NCBI GenBank assembly: GCA_965203905.1
Contig: CBDBDQ010000005.1
Span: 6,848,001 to 6,912,000, forward strand
Origin: Spirochaetia bacterium
Lineage (GTDB): Bacteria; Spirochaetota; Spirochaetia; SZUA-6; Bin103
Length of the DNA stretch: 64,000 nt
Direction: 5' to 3'
The notes under the pieces: model-generated
What the model was told of the DNA's origin: nothing
Databases searched by the model: none
What the model saw: only the letters and a program-made list of their open reading frames with translations
Shown: in pieces, positions 1 to 10,713 of the stretch
Numbering within the stretch: the stretch's first letter is position 1
Layout: each line of letters starts with the position of its first letter
Made by a program: the position numbers and the translations under genes

Positions 1-172
1 GGGGCTCGAAGTCGGGTGTGCCGTTCACTCGGCGGCTCCTCCGGGATCCCGCAGTCGGGCCATCACGGCCATCACCATGAGCGCGCCCTGGGACTCACGA
101 ACGCCTTGTGACACAGGGCAGTGCAGGCTAAACTGTGCCCGGATTCGACGCAACCGGAGGTGGGGCGCCACC

Positions 173-1204
173 GTGGTCTCAACGAAGCAAGCGGTCCTCC
201 GCGGGCCGCAGGATCTCCACATCGAAGACCGCGATCTGGACACCGACAATCTCGGCTCGCACGAGCTTTGGATCGATACCGAGATCTCTGCGCTCAAGAT
301 CGGTACCGACCGGGGAAACTACGAAGGCGCGGCCTACGGGCTCAACAAGGCGGCCTACCCGCGCTTCGTTGGCGACAGTACCGTTGGCATCGTGCGAGGT
401 GTGGGCAGCGAGGTCTCGCGCTTTGAGGTCGGCGACCGCGTTGCATACCGATCAGGTCACGGCTCCGGGCACATATACGATGAGCGCCGACACATCGCGA
501 AGGTCCCCGACGAGGTGGAGCCCGAGGACGCCGTGTGGGCCCACCTCTATACCCTCAGCGGCTTGTGCTATCGCAAGGCCAATTTCGCGCCGGGCGAGAA
601 CGTCGCCGTAGTCGGACTGGGAGTCCTCGGACTGGGTGCCGTGGCGTTGGGCCCGCTCTTCGGGGGTCGGGTAGTTGGCCTGGCGAACAGCCCCATCCGC
701 ATGGAGATGGCGATGAAGATGGGTGCCCACGCGGCCTATCTGTCCGACGATCCCGATCTGCAGGCCAAGTTGGACGAGTTCACCAGCGGCGTCGGCATCG
801 ACCTGGTGATCCTCACTGCGAATCCCTGGCCTGCCTACCGGACGTCCGTACAGATCGTCCGGAATGGCGGCAGGGTCTCCATAGTCAGCCTCCTCGGCCG
901 TGGCGAGCCGGAGCTCGACTTCAACCCACTGGTGCTGGACTGGTTCTACGACAAAGGTATCTCTCTGATCGCGGTCAACGGCACCGCCGGCTACCTGTTT
1001 CCAGGTGACCCGCACGAGCCCGAGCGCTTCTCATGGAACAACTCCTGCGCGCACATCCTGTCATTGATGGCCGACGGCAAGCTGGAGCCCAAGAAGCTCG
1101 TAACCCACCGTCTACACTACTCAGAGATCAAGAAGGCCTACGACATGGCCTACGATCGACAAAAGACCATGCTCGGCGTCATCTTCGACTGGCGCGGCGC
1201 CTAG
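173..1204 (+). CDS. MDR-family (zinc-binding-like) alcohol dehydrogenase, probably Zn-independent
   Basis: ORF with GroES-like N-terminus and Rossmann motif VVGLGVLG; GTG start after GGAGGTGG RBS; canonical Cys/GHE zinc ligands replaced (KIGTD, VGDS). Confidence 0.8.
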   Translation: MVSTKQAVLRGPQDLHIEDRDLDTDNLGSHELWIDTEISALKIGTDRGNYEGAAYGLNKAAYPRFVGDSTVGIVRGVGSEVSRFEVGDRVAYRSGHGSGHIYDERRHIAKVPDEVEPEDAVWAHLYTLSGLCYRKANFAPGENVAVVGLGVLGLGAVALGPLFGGRVVGLANSPIRMEMAMKMGAHAAYLSDDPDLQAKLDEFTSGVGIDLVILTANPWPAYRTSVQIVRNGGRVSIVSLLGRGEPELDFNPLVLDWFYDKGISLIAVNGTAGYLFPGDPHEPERFSWNNSCAHILSLMADGKLEPKKLVTHRLHYSEIKKAYDMAYDRQKTMLGVIFDWRGA

Positions 1205-1236
1205 CCTGACGGCAGCACTCGACAAGGAGGAGCACC

Positions 1237-2565
1237 GTGAGCAGCTACCGCTACAAAGGCGTCAAGAAGTCCCTCGAGACCTACCAGCGTGCCGGCCAGG
1301 TCATACCGGGGTACACCCAGCTCAGGAGCAGGCTCGCCAGCGGGTTCGCCGAAGGCGTCAGCCCGATCTACGCCGACCACGCCAAGGGCTCGCGCTTCGT
1401 AGACATCGACGGCAATCAGTTCATCGACTGGGTCAACGCCGTCAGCGCCATCATCCTGGGCCACCATGACGACGTTGTCGACGACGCCGTCAAGGAGCAG
1501 ATCGACCGAGGTAGCATCTACACCGTCAACAGTCCCAAGGAGGTCGAGCTGGCTGATGAGCTGATCGACACGATCCCGAGCGCCGAGATGGTCAAGTACG
1601 GTAAGGGGGGCGGCGACGCCTGCGCCATGGCAGCGAGGATCGCACGAGGCGCAACAGGCAAGGACATCATCCTCTTCTCCGGCTACCACGGGTGGCACGA
1701 CTGGTACCAGTCCGCCAACCATCTGGACTTTCCGGACCTGGTGACCGGGGTAGGGAGCAAGGGCGTACCCAAGGCCTTCGCCGGGACAGCCATTCCCTTC
1801 GGCGAGGCTGACATGGACAGGCTCCAGGACCTCTTCAAGGAGCACAAAGGTGAGGTCGCCGCGGTGATGATGGAGCCGGTCCGCTCCACCGATCCTCCCG
1901 CAGGCTACCTCGAGGCCGTCAAGAGCCTGTGCCACGAGAACGACGCCATCCTCATCTTCGATGAGGTCTCCTGTGGCTGGCGCCTCGCCATCGGAGGCGC
2001 CCAGGAGTACTACGGCGTCACTCCAGACATGACCGTCGTCGCCAAGTGCATCTCCAACGGCTACCCGATGGGCGCGGTCGTCGGCAAACGCGAGTTCATG
2101 CAGCCTGCCGAGGACATGTTCATATCCAGCTCCTCCTGGTCCGATAACATCGGTCTGACTGCCTCGATAACTACTATTCGAGAGTTGAAGCGGCGCAACT
2201 CGCCCCCCAGGTTCAAGGAGATCGGCGAGAACATCCGCGCCGCGATCAAAGAGGCGGTAGACGACGTCGGCATCTCGGGTGACGTGGTCGGCCTCTTCAA
2301 CTCGCCACGGCTGCACCTCGACCTTCCCGACGAGTCGCTCCGGCCCAAGGTGACTACGCTGTTCATCCAGGAGATGGCGAAGCGAGGTATCCACACCTCC
2401 GGCGGCTTCATGGCGACACTGGCGCACACCAACGAGGACATCAGTATCACCGCCGAGGCGGCTCGCGAGTCCCTGGAAGTCATCCGAAGCGGCCTGGAAG
2501 GCGGCCTCGACCATCTCCTCGAAGCCAGCGAACAGCGCTCCGCCATACAGCGCATCGTCCGCTAG
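1237..2565 (+). CDS. class-III PLP aminotransferase (GSA aminomutase-like)
   Basis: GYHGW, LIFDEV and VAKCISNGYPMGA motifs; RBS AAGGAGG. Confidence 0.9.
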   Translation: MSSYRYKGVKKSLETYQRAGQVIPGYTQLRSRLASGFAEGVSPIYADHAKGSRFVDIDGNQFIDWVNAVSAIILGHHDDVVDDAVKEQIDRGSIYTVNSPKEVELADELIDTIPSAEMVKYGKGGGDACAMAARIARGATGKDIILFSGYHGWHDWYQSANHLDFPDLVTGVGSKGVPKAFAGTAIPFGEADMDRLQDLFKEHKGEVAAVMMEPVRSTDPPAGYLEAVKSLCHENDAILIFDEVSCGWRLAIGGAQEYYGVTPDMTVVAKCISNGYPMGAVVGKREFMQPAEDMFISSSSWSDNIGLTASITTIRELKRRNSPPRFKEIGENIRAAIKEAVDDVGISGDVVGLFNSPRLHLDLPDESLRPKVTTLFIQEMAKRGIHTSGGFMATLAHTNEDISITAEAARESLEVIRSGLEGGLDHLLEASEQRSAIQRIVR

Positions 2566-2610
2566 GAGTCTGTCGGATTGGCGCGTCAGCGGCAGGTCCG
2601 ACAGGACTCC
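2565..2610. terminator. inverted repeat between convergent genes (terminator-like hairpin or MITE-like remnant)
   Basis: GGAGTCTGTCGGA ... TCCGACAGGACTCC directly after the stop codon. Confidence 0.4.
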
Positions 2611-2718
2611 GTACGGTAGGCGGGGCTGGGCCGAAAGCGACGCCGCAAGGCGGCGGTTTCGGGGCGCTAGCACCGCGGAAGTTCGGCGTTCGCAGGAACT
2701 CTTCGATCGGGTAGGTCC

Positions 2719-3576
2719 TCACACCTGGATTCGGTACGACACCACCTCGATGTTCTCGTGATCGGACGATCTCGCGACACGCAGTGCGTGCTCACTCACC
2801 GGCAGGTAGCGATAGGTCTCAGCGCCGCCGGCGATGAATCCCTCGGCGTAGCTGCACTTGCCACCGGAACCGAAGGCGCCGTCGCTGGTCTCGATCCGCT
2901 TGCGCGCGTAGGCGCCAGCGTAGCCCTGGCTCTGCAGACAGTCCAATGCCGCCAGCTTCTTCTCGACAACGTCGCTGATATCGATGAAGACGTCGTTGGT
3001 GTACCCGCCGCTTGCGTCCCAGAGGCCACTACGCACCGCGGCGGCGCCGGTCCCGAAGTAGAACACCCGCGCGGCGCGGTGCGGAGGGTTGGTGTCGCCG
3101 GGATCGACCCCGGCCGCGAGTGACAGCGCGTGGAGTACGACCTGCCCCGCTATCGCGTGCGGATTGGTGACGCCGTTACCTTCCTTCGGGAAGTGGGTAA
3201 GCACCACATCCGGCTTCAGCTTGCGGAACTCCGATGCCAGCCTGCGAACGAGGTCGGGCGTCACCAGCAGCACCGCGTCGTCGGCACCGAAGAAGATCAC
3301 GTTCTCGACACCGAGGATGCGGCACGCCGAAATCGTCTCCGCAGCCTTCACATCCGCGCGCTCCCCCATTGTTGCCCGTAACTCGTCCGCCTCCGGCACG
3401 CGCTCGGCGTGGAACATGGCATCGCTAATCACCCTGTCGTGCACCCGCGCGCCGTGGGTGAGGACGACGCATCCAACCCAGTCGCCGCGCTCCACATGGT
3501 GCGCCATCGTCCCGCCTGACTGATCGAAGATGTCGGCAGGATGCGCGCCGACCGACAGGATCCGCAGCTCACTCAT
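2719..3576 (-). CDS. PIG-L/LmbE family protein
   Basis: ILSVGAHPAD, LTHG, KPDVVLTH, IDISDVVEKKLAAL and YAEGF motifs. Confidence 0.85.
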   Translation of the reverse strand: MSELRILSVGAHPADIFDQSGGTMAHHVERGDWVGCVVLTHGARVHDRVISDAMFHAERVPEADELRATMGERADVKAAETISACRILGVENVIFFGADDAVLLVTPDLVRRLASEFRKLKPDVVLTHFPKEGNGVTNPHAIAGQVVLHALSLAAGVDPGDTNPPHRAARVFYFGTGAAAVRSGLWDASGGYTNDVFIDISDVVEKKLAALDCLQSQGYAGAYARKRIETSDGAFGSGGKCSYAEGFIAGGAETYRYLPVSEHALRVARSSDHENIEVVSYRIQV

Positions 3577-4021
3577 ATCGGCATTATAGCGGTGGCCGGC
3601 GTCTATATCTCGTCCATCCACACCACCCGCTCGGCGGCGGAATCGGAGCTCGGTGCGTCACTGCCCACGCCACCCCGGGTACGCGAGCGCCGATGCGCGT
3701 AGCGAGTCGCAGGAACGACGCCGCCACTTCCATCGGATTGCGGGATCGGGCCGTCCGCTGCTGGGAACCGCTCGCTCCATGCTGCTCTCCGTGGCGCAGC
3801 CCTGGCCGGGGGAGCCCCGATGACGCTGGCCGACCACGTTCTGACCCATGCCACGTTCAAACGAGGGAGGGGTAGGTTGACAACCCACGGATACGCTCTA
3901 CACTACTTTTCGGTCTGTCCAACCGACCGGGGCCACCACCGAGCAACGCGATGGTGGAAAAATATTGAGGGGTCTTCGGGATGACACACGGAAAACGGCG
4001 TCAACGTGACGCGAAGATTTC

Positions 4022-4849
4022 ATGAGAAAAGCAGATCTGCACCTACACACGCATGCGTCGTCGGACGCATCGTTCGATCCGGAGGAGGTCTTCAGTATCG
4101 CCAAGGCACGAGGACTGACCGCGTTGACCTTCAGCGACCACGACAACACCGACAGCACTGCGGAAGGCCAACGGCTTGCGCCCATATACGACGTGGCGTT
4201 TCTGCCGGGCATCGAGATCACCAGCTCCTGGCGCGGGGAAGAGGCCCACGTCTTGGGCTTTTTCCTCGATGGCCCGCTTCCTTCTCTGGCCGATTTTCTG
4301 GTTAACAAAATCTGGTCGGTGAGAAGACAGTACAATCTCGCCGTGCTCGAATACGTGCAGAGGCAAGGCACCGGAGTGACCATCGCTGAGCACGAGGCCA
4401 AGGTGGTGGGTCAGGAACGTTCCGAATCGACGGAGTTGTATCAGCTGCTGCTGAAAAAAGGCGTTGTGTCGAGTCAGAGAGCGTTTATGGCCTTGCGAAA
4501 GGAGTCCGGCGTCCTGCTTCGCAAGCCGCCGATTCCGGAGGCCATCCAGGCTTGTCACGAGGCTGGCGGCATTGCTGTGGTGGCTCATCCCGGCCATGAT
4601 ACTGGGGCGGTTTTCACCTTCGACGAAGACAATCTGGCTGCTCTGGCCGCCCAAGGACTCAACGGTGTTGAGGTGTCCCATCCCGCGCACACCGAGGCCC
4701 AAGAGGACCATTACGCACAGATTGCAGATCGCCTGGGACTGGTCAAGACCGGTGGTTCGGACATGCACGTACCCCGCCCGGAGCCTCAAAAACTGGTCGG
4801 CGGCACGTACTGCGACTGGGATGAGGTGCTCCAGTACCTGCAACGCTAG
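4022..4849 (+). CDS. PHP-domain phosphoesterase
   Basis: DLHLHTHASSD, SDHD, GIEI, AHP and GGSDMH motifs. Confidence 0.9.
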   Translation: MRKADLHLHTHASSDASFDPEEVFSIAKARGLTALTFSDHDNTDSTAEGQRLAPIYDVAFLPGIEITSSWRGEEAHVLGFFLDGPLPSLADFLVNKIWSVRRQYNLAVLEYVQRQGTGVTIAEHEAKVVGQERSESTELYQLLLKKGVVSSQRAFMALRKESGVLLRKPPIPEAIQACHEAGGIAVVAHPGHDTGAVFTFDEDNLAALAAQGLNGVEVSHPAHTEAQEDHYAQIADRLGLVKTGGSDMHVPRPEPQKLVGGTYCDWDEVLQYLQR

Positions 4850-4925
4850 TCCCTTGTGACGGTTCAGTAGCAAGTAACTCGATCCGAGTCGAATCCCTCG
4901 GTCCGTCGCGCCTGGCAGATTTCGA

Positions 4926-5963
4926 TTATTCTTGTACTCCCAGAAGATCAAGCGTATCGGCAAAATGGCAGGCTACGTAATGGGCATGTTCTTCATCAGC
5001 ACTGATATTCATAAAGGGAGGCTCTCGATCTTTACAAATCGTTTCAGCATACCTACAGCGCGGATGGAAATAACACCCTGACGGAGGATTGGCCGGATCA
5101 GCAATATCGCCTTCCAGCAGCATCTTCTCCTTCTTGTACCGTGGATCGGATTTGGGCACCGCCGATATCAGAGCTTCGGTATAAGGATGTTTGGGATTGA
5201 GAAACAACTCGTTCTTGGGGGCCAGTTCGACTATCTTGCCCACATACATGATCGCCACCCGGTCACTGACATACCTCACCGCAGCCAGACTGTGGGCAAT
5301 GAAAAGATACGTCAAATGAAGCTCGTGTTGCAGTTCTTTCAAGAGATTCAAGACCTGAGCCTGCATGGAGACGTCCAGCGCAGATACCGGCTCATCAGCG
5401 ACAATGAATTTGGGTCTCAGAGCCAGCGCCCGGGCGATGGCGACCCGCTGTCTTTGACCACCACTGAAGGCATGTGGATACCTATCCATATACTCAGGAT
5501 CAAGCCGTGCCATCTCCAGCAGGGTGGCGACTTCGTTTCTCAGATCTCGCCTGTTGGCAGTGATCTTATGAATAATCAAGGGCTCGGCCACGATATCCAT
5601 GATCGTCATGCGCGGGTTCAGCGACGAGTAGGGGTCCTGAAAGATCATCGCCATACTCTTTCGCACTTCCCTGAGCTCATCCCTATCAAGACCGGCCATA
5701 TTGATTGGTTTCTCGTCCCTGCTCATTTGAAAGGTAACCTCACCGGCGGTGGGTTCAATCGCGCGCAGGATACATCTTCCCGTGGTGGTCTTACCACAGC
5801 CACTTTCTCCAACCAAGCCCAGGGTCTCGCCCTCTTCAATGAAGAAGTTGATCCTGTCCACTGCTTTGACCACACCCACAGCTCTTTTTCTCAGGGCGCC
5901 CCTGGTACGAAGAAATTCCTTTTCTAGATCCTTTACCTTGAGCAGGATATTGCGATCGTTCAT
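4926..5963 (-). CDS. oligopeptide/dipeptide ABC transporter ATP-binding protein (OppF/DppF-like)
   Basis: [25 protein letters not shown]; C-terminal HPY and GCxFHPRC. Confidence 0.95.
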   Translation of the reverse strand: MNDRNILLKVKDLEKEFLRTRGALRKRAVGVVKAVDRINFFIEEGETLGLVGESGCGKTTTGRCILRAIEPTAGEVTFQMSRDEKPINMAGLDRDELREVRKSMAMIFQDPYSSLNPRMTIMDIVAEPLIIHKITANRRDLRNEVATLLEMARLDPEYMDRYPHAFSGGQRQRVAIARALALRPKFIVADEPVSALDVSMQAQVLNLLKELQHELHLTYLFIAHSLAAVRYVSDRVAIMYVGKIVELAPKNELFLNPKHPYTEALISAVPKSDPRYKKEKMLLEGDIADPANPPSGCYFHPRCRYAETICKDREPPFMNISADEEHAHYVACHFADTLDLLGVQE

Positions 5964-5970
5964 CAGGTCC

Positions 5971-6972
5971 CTATTCGTACAAGAAACAGGCCACCTTGTG
6001 GCCCTTCTCCACTTCCGCAAACGGCGGTTCCTGGTTGTCGCATAGCCCCTCCATGAACTGGGGACAGCGACGATGAAACATGCAACCCTTTGGTAAATCA
6101 TAGGGTGAAGGGAGCGAGCCGGTCATCGGAATGATCTTCTCATCCGGGTCAGCCGTTAGCTTGGGAATCGAATGGAGCAATCCCTTGGTATATGGGTGGA
6201 GGGGATTATGGAAGATTTCATCTACCGAGGCATGCTCCACATCTTTGCCCAAATAGAGCATGATAAGCACCTTGTCTGCTAACTCGGCAATGACTGCCAG
6301 ATCGTGTGTGATGATAATGAGGCCCATGTTCAGCTCTTGCTGCAGGTCCTTGACGAGACTCAAGACCTGGGCCTGAATCGTCACATCAACGGCCGTGGTC
6401 GGCTCATCAGCAATAAGCAGACTGGGCTGACAGGAAAGAGCCATAGCGATCATCGCTCGCTGGCGCATTCCTCCGCTCAAGTTGAAAGGATAGGCATCGA
6501 TCATCTCCGCCGGTTTGGGCATCCCGACTTTTCTTAACAGCTCAACCGCCCTACTCTTCGCGGCAGAGCGCGAGAGCTGTTGATGCAGCCTGACGACTTC
6601 CACGATTTGACTGCCAATGGTGTGAACGGGTGAGAAAGAAGTCATCGGCTCCTGAAAGATCATCGCGATCTCGGCTCCCCGGATAGCCCGCATCTCCTTG
6701 CCGTCGGGATTCAGCTGCACGAGGTCGACAAATCCTCTGTCATGCAGGTTAAAGAGGATCTTCCCGCCCACGATCTTGCCCCCCTGGGGGACAAGTCGCA
6801 GGATGGACTGGGCAGTAATACTCTTTCCGCAGCCACTATCTCCGACGATCCCGAGGGTCTCACCCCGCTTCAGCTCAAAACTGGAGTCATCCACGACTTT
6901 GAGCGTTCCTTCTTTTGAGGAGAAATGGGTCTTCAGGCCCTCAACCTTCAATAGCACATCACGGTTCTGCAC
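5971..6972 (-). CDS. oligopeptide/dipeptide ABC transporter ATP-binding protein (OppD/DppD-like)
   Basis: [27 protein letters not shown]. Confidence 0.95.
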   Translation of the reverse strand: MQNRDVLLKVEGLKTHFSSKEGTLKVVDDSSFELKRGETLGIVGDSGCGKSITAQSILRLVPQGGKIVGGKILFNLHDRGFVDLVQLNPDGKEMRAIRGAEIAMIFQEPMTSFSPVHTIGSQIVEVVRLHQQLSRSAAKSRAVELLRKVGMPKPAEMIDAYPFNLSGGMRQRAMIAMALSCQPSLLIADEPTTAVDVTIQAQVLSLVKDLQQELNMGLIIITHDLAVIAELADKVLIMLYLGKDVEHASVDEIFHNPLHPYTKGLLHSIPKLTADPDEKIIPMTGSLPSPYDLPKGCMFHRRCPQFMEGLCDNQEPPFAEVEKGHKVACFLYE

Positions 6973-6982
6973 CTCGCTCTCC

Positions 6983-8122
6983 CTAGATGTTAGAATACGG
7001 ATCCGCCGCGTCCCTAATGCCATCGCCCAGGAAGTTAAAGGCCAAAACAGTAACAATCACAAATATCCCCGGGATAAGCGTCCACGGCGTCTGCGCGAGT
7101 ACTCTTATTGACTGGGCGTCACTGAGCAGCACACCCCAGCTAATCGCCGGAGGCTGTAGCCCGAGACCCAGGAAGCTCAAACCAGTCTCTCCCAAAATCA
7201 TACCCGGAACAGATAGAGTTAAGGAAGCAATAATATAGCTATAAAAGGAAGGCAGCAGATGCTTGAAGATGATGCGAGAGCGACTCGCGCCGTGCAGGCT
7301 CGCTGCCATAACAAAGTCTTCCTCCTTCAGCGCCATGAACTTTCCCCTAACCACCCGAGCCAGCCCCGTCCAGCCTACCAAGGAAAGGATAATGACGATT
7401 CCGAAGTAGACGCTGACAACAGACCAATACGGCGGCAGAGCTATACTCAAAGCCATCCACAACGGTAACGTAGGAATAGACTGAATGAACTCTATCGCTC
7501 TTTGAATGATAACGTCCGCAGCTCCCCCGTAGTATCCAGAAACACCGCCAATGGTAATACCCAGGATAAAGCTGATTGCGATTCCCAACAATCCGACTGA
7601 TAGAGATAGCCGGCCGCCGTAGATCACGCGAGAGAACAGATCTCGGCCGAACTTGTCCGCGCCAAAGATCAGCACCCTCCCTTCCCTCGTCCCGAACAGA
7701 TGAATATTACTCTTGAATGCTCCCCATAGCTTATAGGAGTCCCCAATGATAAAAAGGTAGATATGATCCCGCTTCATTTCATCTTCAATATACGTCGTGG
7801 CTAGAGTCTCCATATTCAACACGCCTTCAATCCTATACACAAAGGGACGCAGATGAAAGCTACCCTCCGCATCCACGAAACGCACGCGTTGAGGAGGAGC
7901 GTTCACGTAATCGACATCAAAATCGAGAGGATCGTAGGGAGCAGTGAATTCAGCGAAGATGGCGAACAGATACAACACCAACAGCACCGCCAAAGCCCCA
8001 ATGGCCAATTTGTGTCTGAAGAACTTCCAGCGAATAAGCTGCCACTGCGAAGCTACAAACAGTCTCTCTTGTTCAGCAGCCCGTTCATTTTTCTTGCGAT
8101 TTGTTGGCGTCAAAGAAAGCAT
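6983..8122 (-). CDS. ABC transporter permease (OppC/DppC-like)
   Basis: GADKFGRDLFSR, EAA-like loop, LSFLGLG, GDGIRDAADP. Confidence 0.95.
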   Translation of the reverse strand: MLSLTPTNRKKNERAAEQERLFVASQWQLIRWKFFRHKLAIGALAVLLVLYLFAIFAEFTAPYDPLDFDVDYVNAPPQRVRFVDAEGSFHLRPFVYRIEGVLNMETLATTYIEDEMKRDHIYLFIIGDSYKLWGAFKSNIHLFGTREGRVLIFGADKFGRDLFSRVIYGGRLSLSVGLLGIAISFILGITIGGVSGYYGGAADVIIQRAIEFIQSIPTLPLWMALSIALPPYWSVVSVYFGIVIILSLVGWTGLARVVRGKFMALKEEDFVMAASLHGASRSRIIFKHLLPSFYSYIIASLTLSVPGMILGETGLSFLGLGLQPPAISWGVLLSDAQSIRVLAQTPWTLIPGIFVIVTVLAFNFLGDGIRDAADPYSNI

Positions 8123-8192
8123 CTTCAGCAGCGCCCGGAGAAGTTAATCGGCCGGTGGCTAATTCCTCCCAAAATCAGGAACATCCGAAATA

Positions 8193-9182
8193 TTAGATAG
8201 ATTCCTTTATTCTGGGATCAAGCCAGGCCAACAAAATATCCGAAATAAGCGTCCCTATCACGGTAAGCACGCTCAGAATAAAGACGATACTCCCGGCTAG
8301 CCACATGTCTTGACTCAGGAGAGATTGGAATAGAACGGGGCCAATCGTGGGGAGGCCCAACACCAGAGAAACAAACACCTCACCGCTTACCAGCGCCGGT
8401 AGCACCCAACCTATAGTACTGACAACAGGGTTGATGGCGATACGAAACGGGTACTTGTAAAGGACCCTTCTCTTGGTGAGCCCCTTTGCCCGCGCCACCA
8501 GTACGTAGGGTTTCTGGAGCTCGTCCAGAAGATTGGCTCTCATTACTCTTATCAATCCGCAAGTACCTGCGGTTCCTATGATTACTGCCGGCATCCACAG
8601 ATGCTGGAGCATATCCAGAAATTTGGCAAGGCTCCATGGAGCAAATTGAAATTGTGGGGAAAACAATCCCAAAACAACATCGCCGGTATAAACGAAGTAC
8701 ACATATAGAAGAATAAGGGCAAATAGAAAGTTCGGAATTGCAATTCCAATGAATCCGAAGAAAGTGAACACGTAGTCTCTAATTGAATATTGATGCGTGG
8801 CTGAGGTGGTTCCTATGGGAATGGCAACCGCGTATACGAACAACAGAGAAACAAGGGAAATAAGTACGCTCCAGGGTAACCTTTCAGCAAGAATTCGGCT
8901 TACTGGTTGATTCCATTGCATGGACCGGCCTAGATCGCCCCGAAGCAGCCCCCCTATCCACTTGAAGTACTGAACATACATGGGTTGCCCAAGTCCGTAA
9001 CGGACTCGCAGCGACTCCACTTCCGCATCATCAATTATCTGATCAAGAGCACGCAACTGAGCGACATAGGCGTCCAGGTAGTCACCAGGGGGAGCTTGAA
9101 TAATGATGAACGAAAGAACGGTTATGGCGATCACGGTAGGAATCATCAGCAAAAATCTACGAATAATGTATCGTATCACCAC
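8193..9182 (-). CDS. ABC transporter permease (OppB/DppB-like)
   Basis: YIIRR, PPGD, GDLGRS, ARAKGL, LDPRI. Confidence 0.95.
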   Translation of the reverse strand: MVIRYIIRRFLLMIPTVIAITVLSFIIIQAPPGDYLDAYVAQLRALDQIIDDAEVESLRVRYGLGQPMYVQYFKWIGGLLRGDLGRSMQWNQPVSRILAERLPWSVLISLVSLLFVYAVAIPIGTTSATHQYSIRDYVFTFFGFIGIAIPNFLFALILLYVYFVYTGDVVLGLFSPQFQFAPWSLAKFLDMLQHLWMPAVIIGTAGTCGLIRVMRANLLDELQKPYVLVARAKGLTKRRVLYKYPFRIAINPVVSTIGWVLPALVSGEVFVSLVLGLPTIGPVLFQSLLSQDMWLAGSIVFILSVLTVIGTLISDILLAWLDPRIKESI

Positions 9183-9348
9183 AGCCTGCCGTTGATGGCG
9201 CTTCTGGATAAGGACGGGACCTCGTTCGTTGCTTTAGGAGAGCTCCTGAAAGAAGAAACCTGTTCGCACTTCCTCTTCTCCAATAGTTCTCCCTTGCTCG
9301 GCCAACGAGCTATTTGATCTCCTACCTTATCCCGACATCATGCTCTGA

Positions 9349-10551
9349 CTACTCAGGGCGAGTAACCTGCACGGGTTTCACCTTGATAGCCTTGTGAATG
9401 TCGCCGTCGGTGTCCTCGTGGTCGAAATCCGAATATATGACAAGAAAGCGGTCAGGGCCGGTTGCCCACAGTTTGCTGTAGCCGCATGTTTTCAGTCGGG
9501 GGGACTCCTGGTCGCCCGGGTGAACCACGTATGGCTCCGTCCACTTCTCGCCATTCCCGTCATATGAGAACCTGAGTTCTACCCCCGGCCGGCCGTACGA
9601 AACAACGGTTACTCCATTTTCCAGCGTCAACAGCTCTGGTTCAACGCCGAAGGAGTTAAGTACGTTCGGGTTGCTCCAGGTGAAACCATCGTCTTTTGAG
9701 GTGCTGGTAAACAGATTACGCGGATCCTTGCCCTCATCGGAGCGCAATACACAGACCAGCGTACCATTCTTGAGACAGGTAAGCGTGGGTTCATGGAGCC
9801 CCCACGGAGCCTGATCGGGAATATACGCCACGGTGGAACGTAGCCGCCAGCTTCTGCCCTTGTTGGTGGAAGCGAGCAGGTACATCTGGGACTCGCCGGG
9901 CAGCACCTTGTTGTTTTCATCCACCCGCACAGCCCCCATTGTGTAACATAGGGTTCCGTCAGATAGCTCCACGCACTGAGTCCAGGTCAATTGCAGGACC
10001 AATGTATGAACATTGCCGGCCAGTTTGAGCCATCCCTTGGAAGTCATGGTCCGGGTCATTGCTTTAACGCAGAGTCGTGGAATCTCCAGAGGGGCAATTA
10101 CTTCCTCTTCGGTGTTGCTTCCAGGCTGACGTATGAGTACCTTGATTCCCTTCATATCTTCAGGAAGATCCTCATAGAGGTATACGTTTGACGTATTCCC
10201 CTTGGAGTACTCTCCTACCTGCTTGATGTCAATTTCCTTGGCAGGCCGCTTCGGACGCTTTACCGACCGTATTTCGGTCCCGTCACGAAGCACTCTCGCA
10301 TGTTGCAGAGCGCCTTTATCGGTGAATTTCTCCCATGTTCTGCCGCCGTCATGGGTAATCAAGTAAGGAGACGGTTGCCGCTCTCCTGCATCATCGTGGG
10401 AGTCATCTCCCACCTTGCAACTTGCGACTAATTCTCCCCGCTTGGTCTGCCAGAAATGAGGAAATTGATAGAATCCCCACCGTCGTTCTTCACTCGGGCC
10501 CATGGTAACCACTACTGGTTCACCCATTTCGACCTTCACCGCGTTGTCCAT
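9349..10551 (-). CDS. BNR/Asp-box beta-propeller, sialidase-like glycoside hydrolase, no signal peptide
   Basis: Four Asp-box-like motifs (THDGGRTW, STNKGRSW, SKDDGFTW, SYDGNGEKW) and CGYS near the C-terminus. Confidence 0.75.
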   Translation of the reverse strand: MDNAVKVEMGEPVVVTMGPSEERRWGFYQFPHFWQTKRGELVASCKVGDDSHDDAGERQPSPYLITHDGGRTWEKFTDKGALQHARVLRDGTEIRSVKRPKRPAKEIDIKQVGEYSKGNTSNVYLYEDLPEDMKGIKVLIRQPGSNTEEEVIAPLEIPRLCVKAMTRTMTSKGWLKLAGNVHTLVLQLTWTQCVELSDGTLCYTMGAVRVDENNKVLPGESQMYLLASTNKGRSWRLRSTVAYIPDQAPWGLHEPTLTCLKNGTLVCVLRSDEGKDPRNLFTSTSKDDGFTWSNPNVLNSFGVEPELLTLENGVTVVSYGRPGVELRFSYDGNGEKWTEPYVVHPGDQESPRLKTCGYSKLWATGPDRFLVIYSDFDHEDTDGDIHKAIKVKPVQVTRPE

Positions 10552-10713
10552 CTTGCCTCTTTCCCCACCCTCCACTGAAGCGTCCGTCCCATGAGTTGAT
10601 ACTACCTGCAACGTTGTGTGCCTCTGGAGCAACCCGTGATTGAAATCAGGGGCGACCCTGCATGTGACAGAGTCCCCCCTGCTGGGCCCACTTGGCAAGT
10701 TCTACGATATTCG

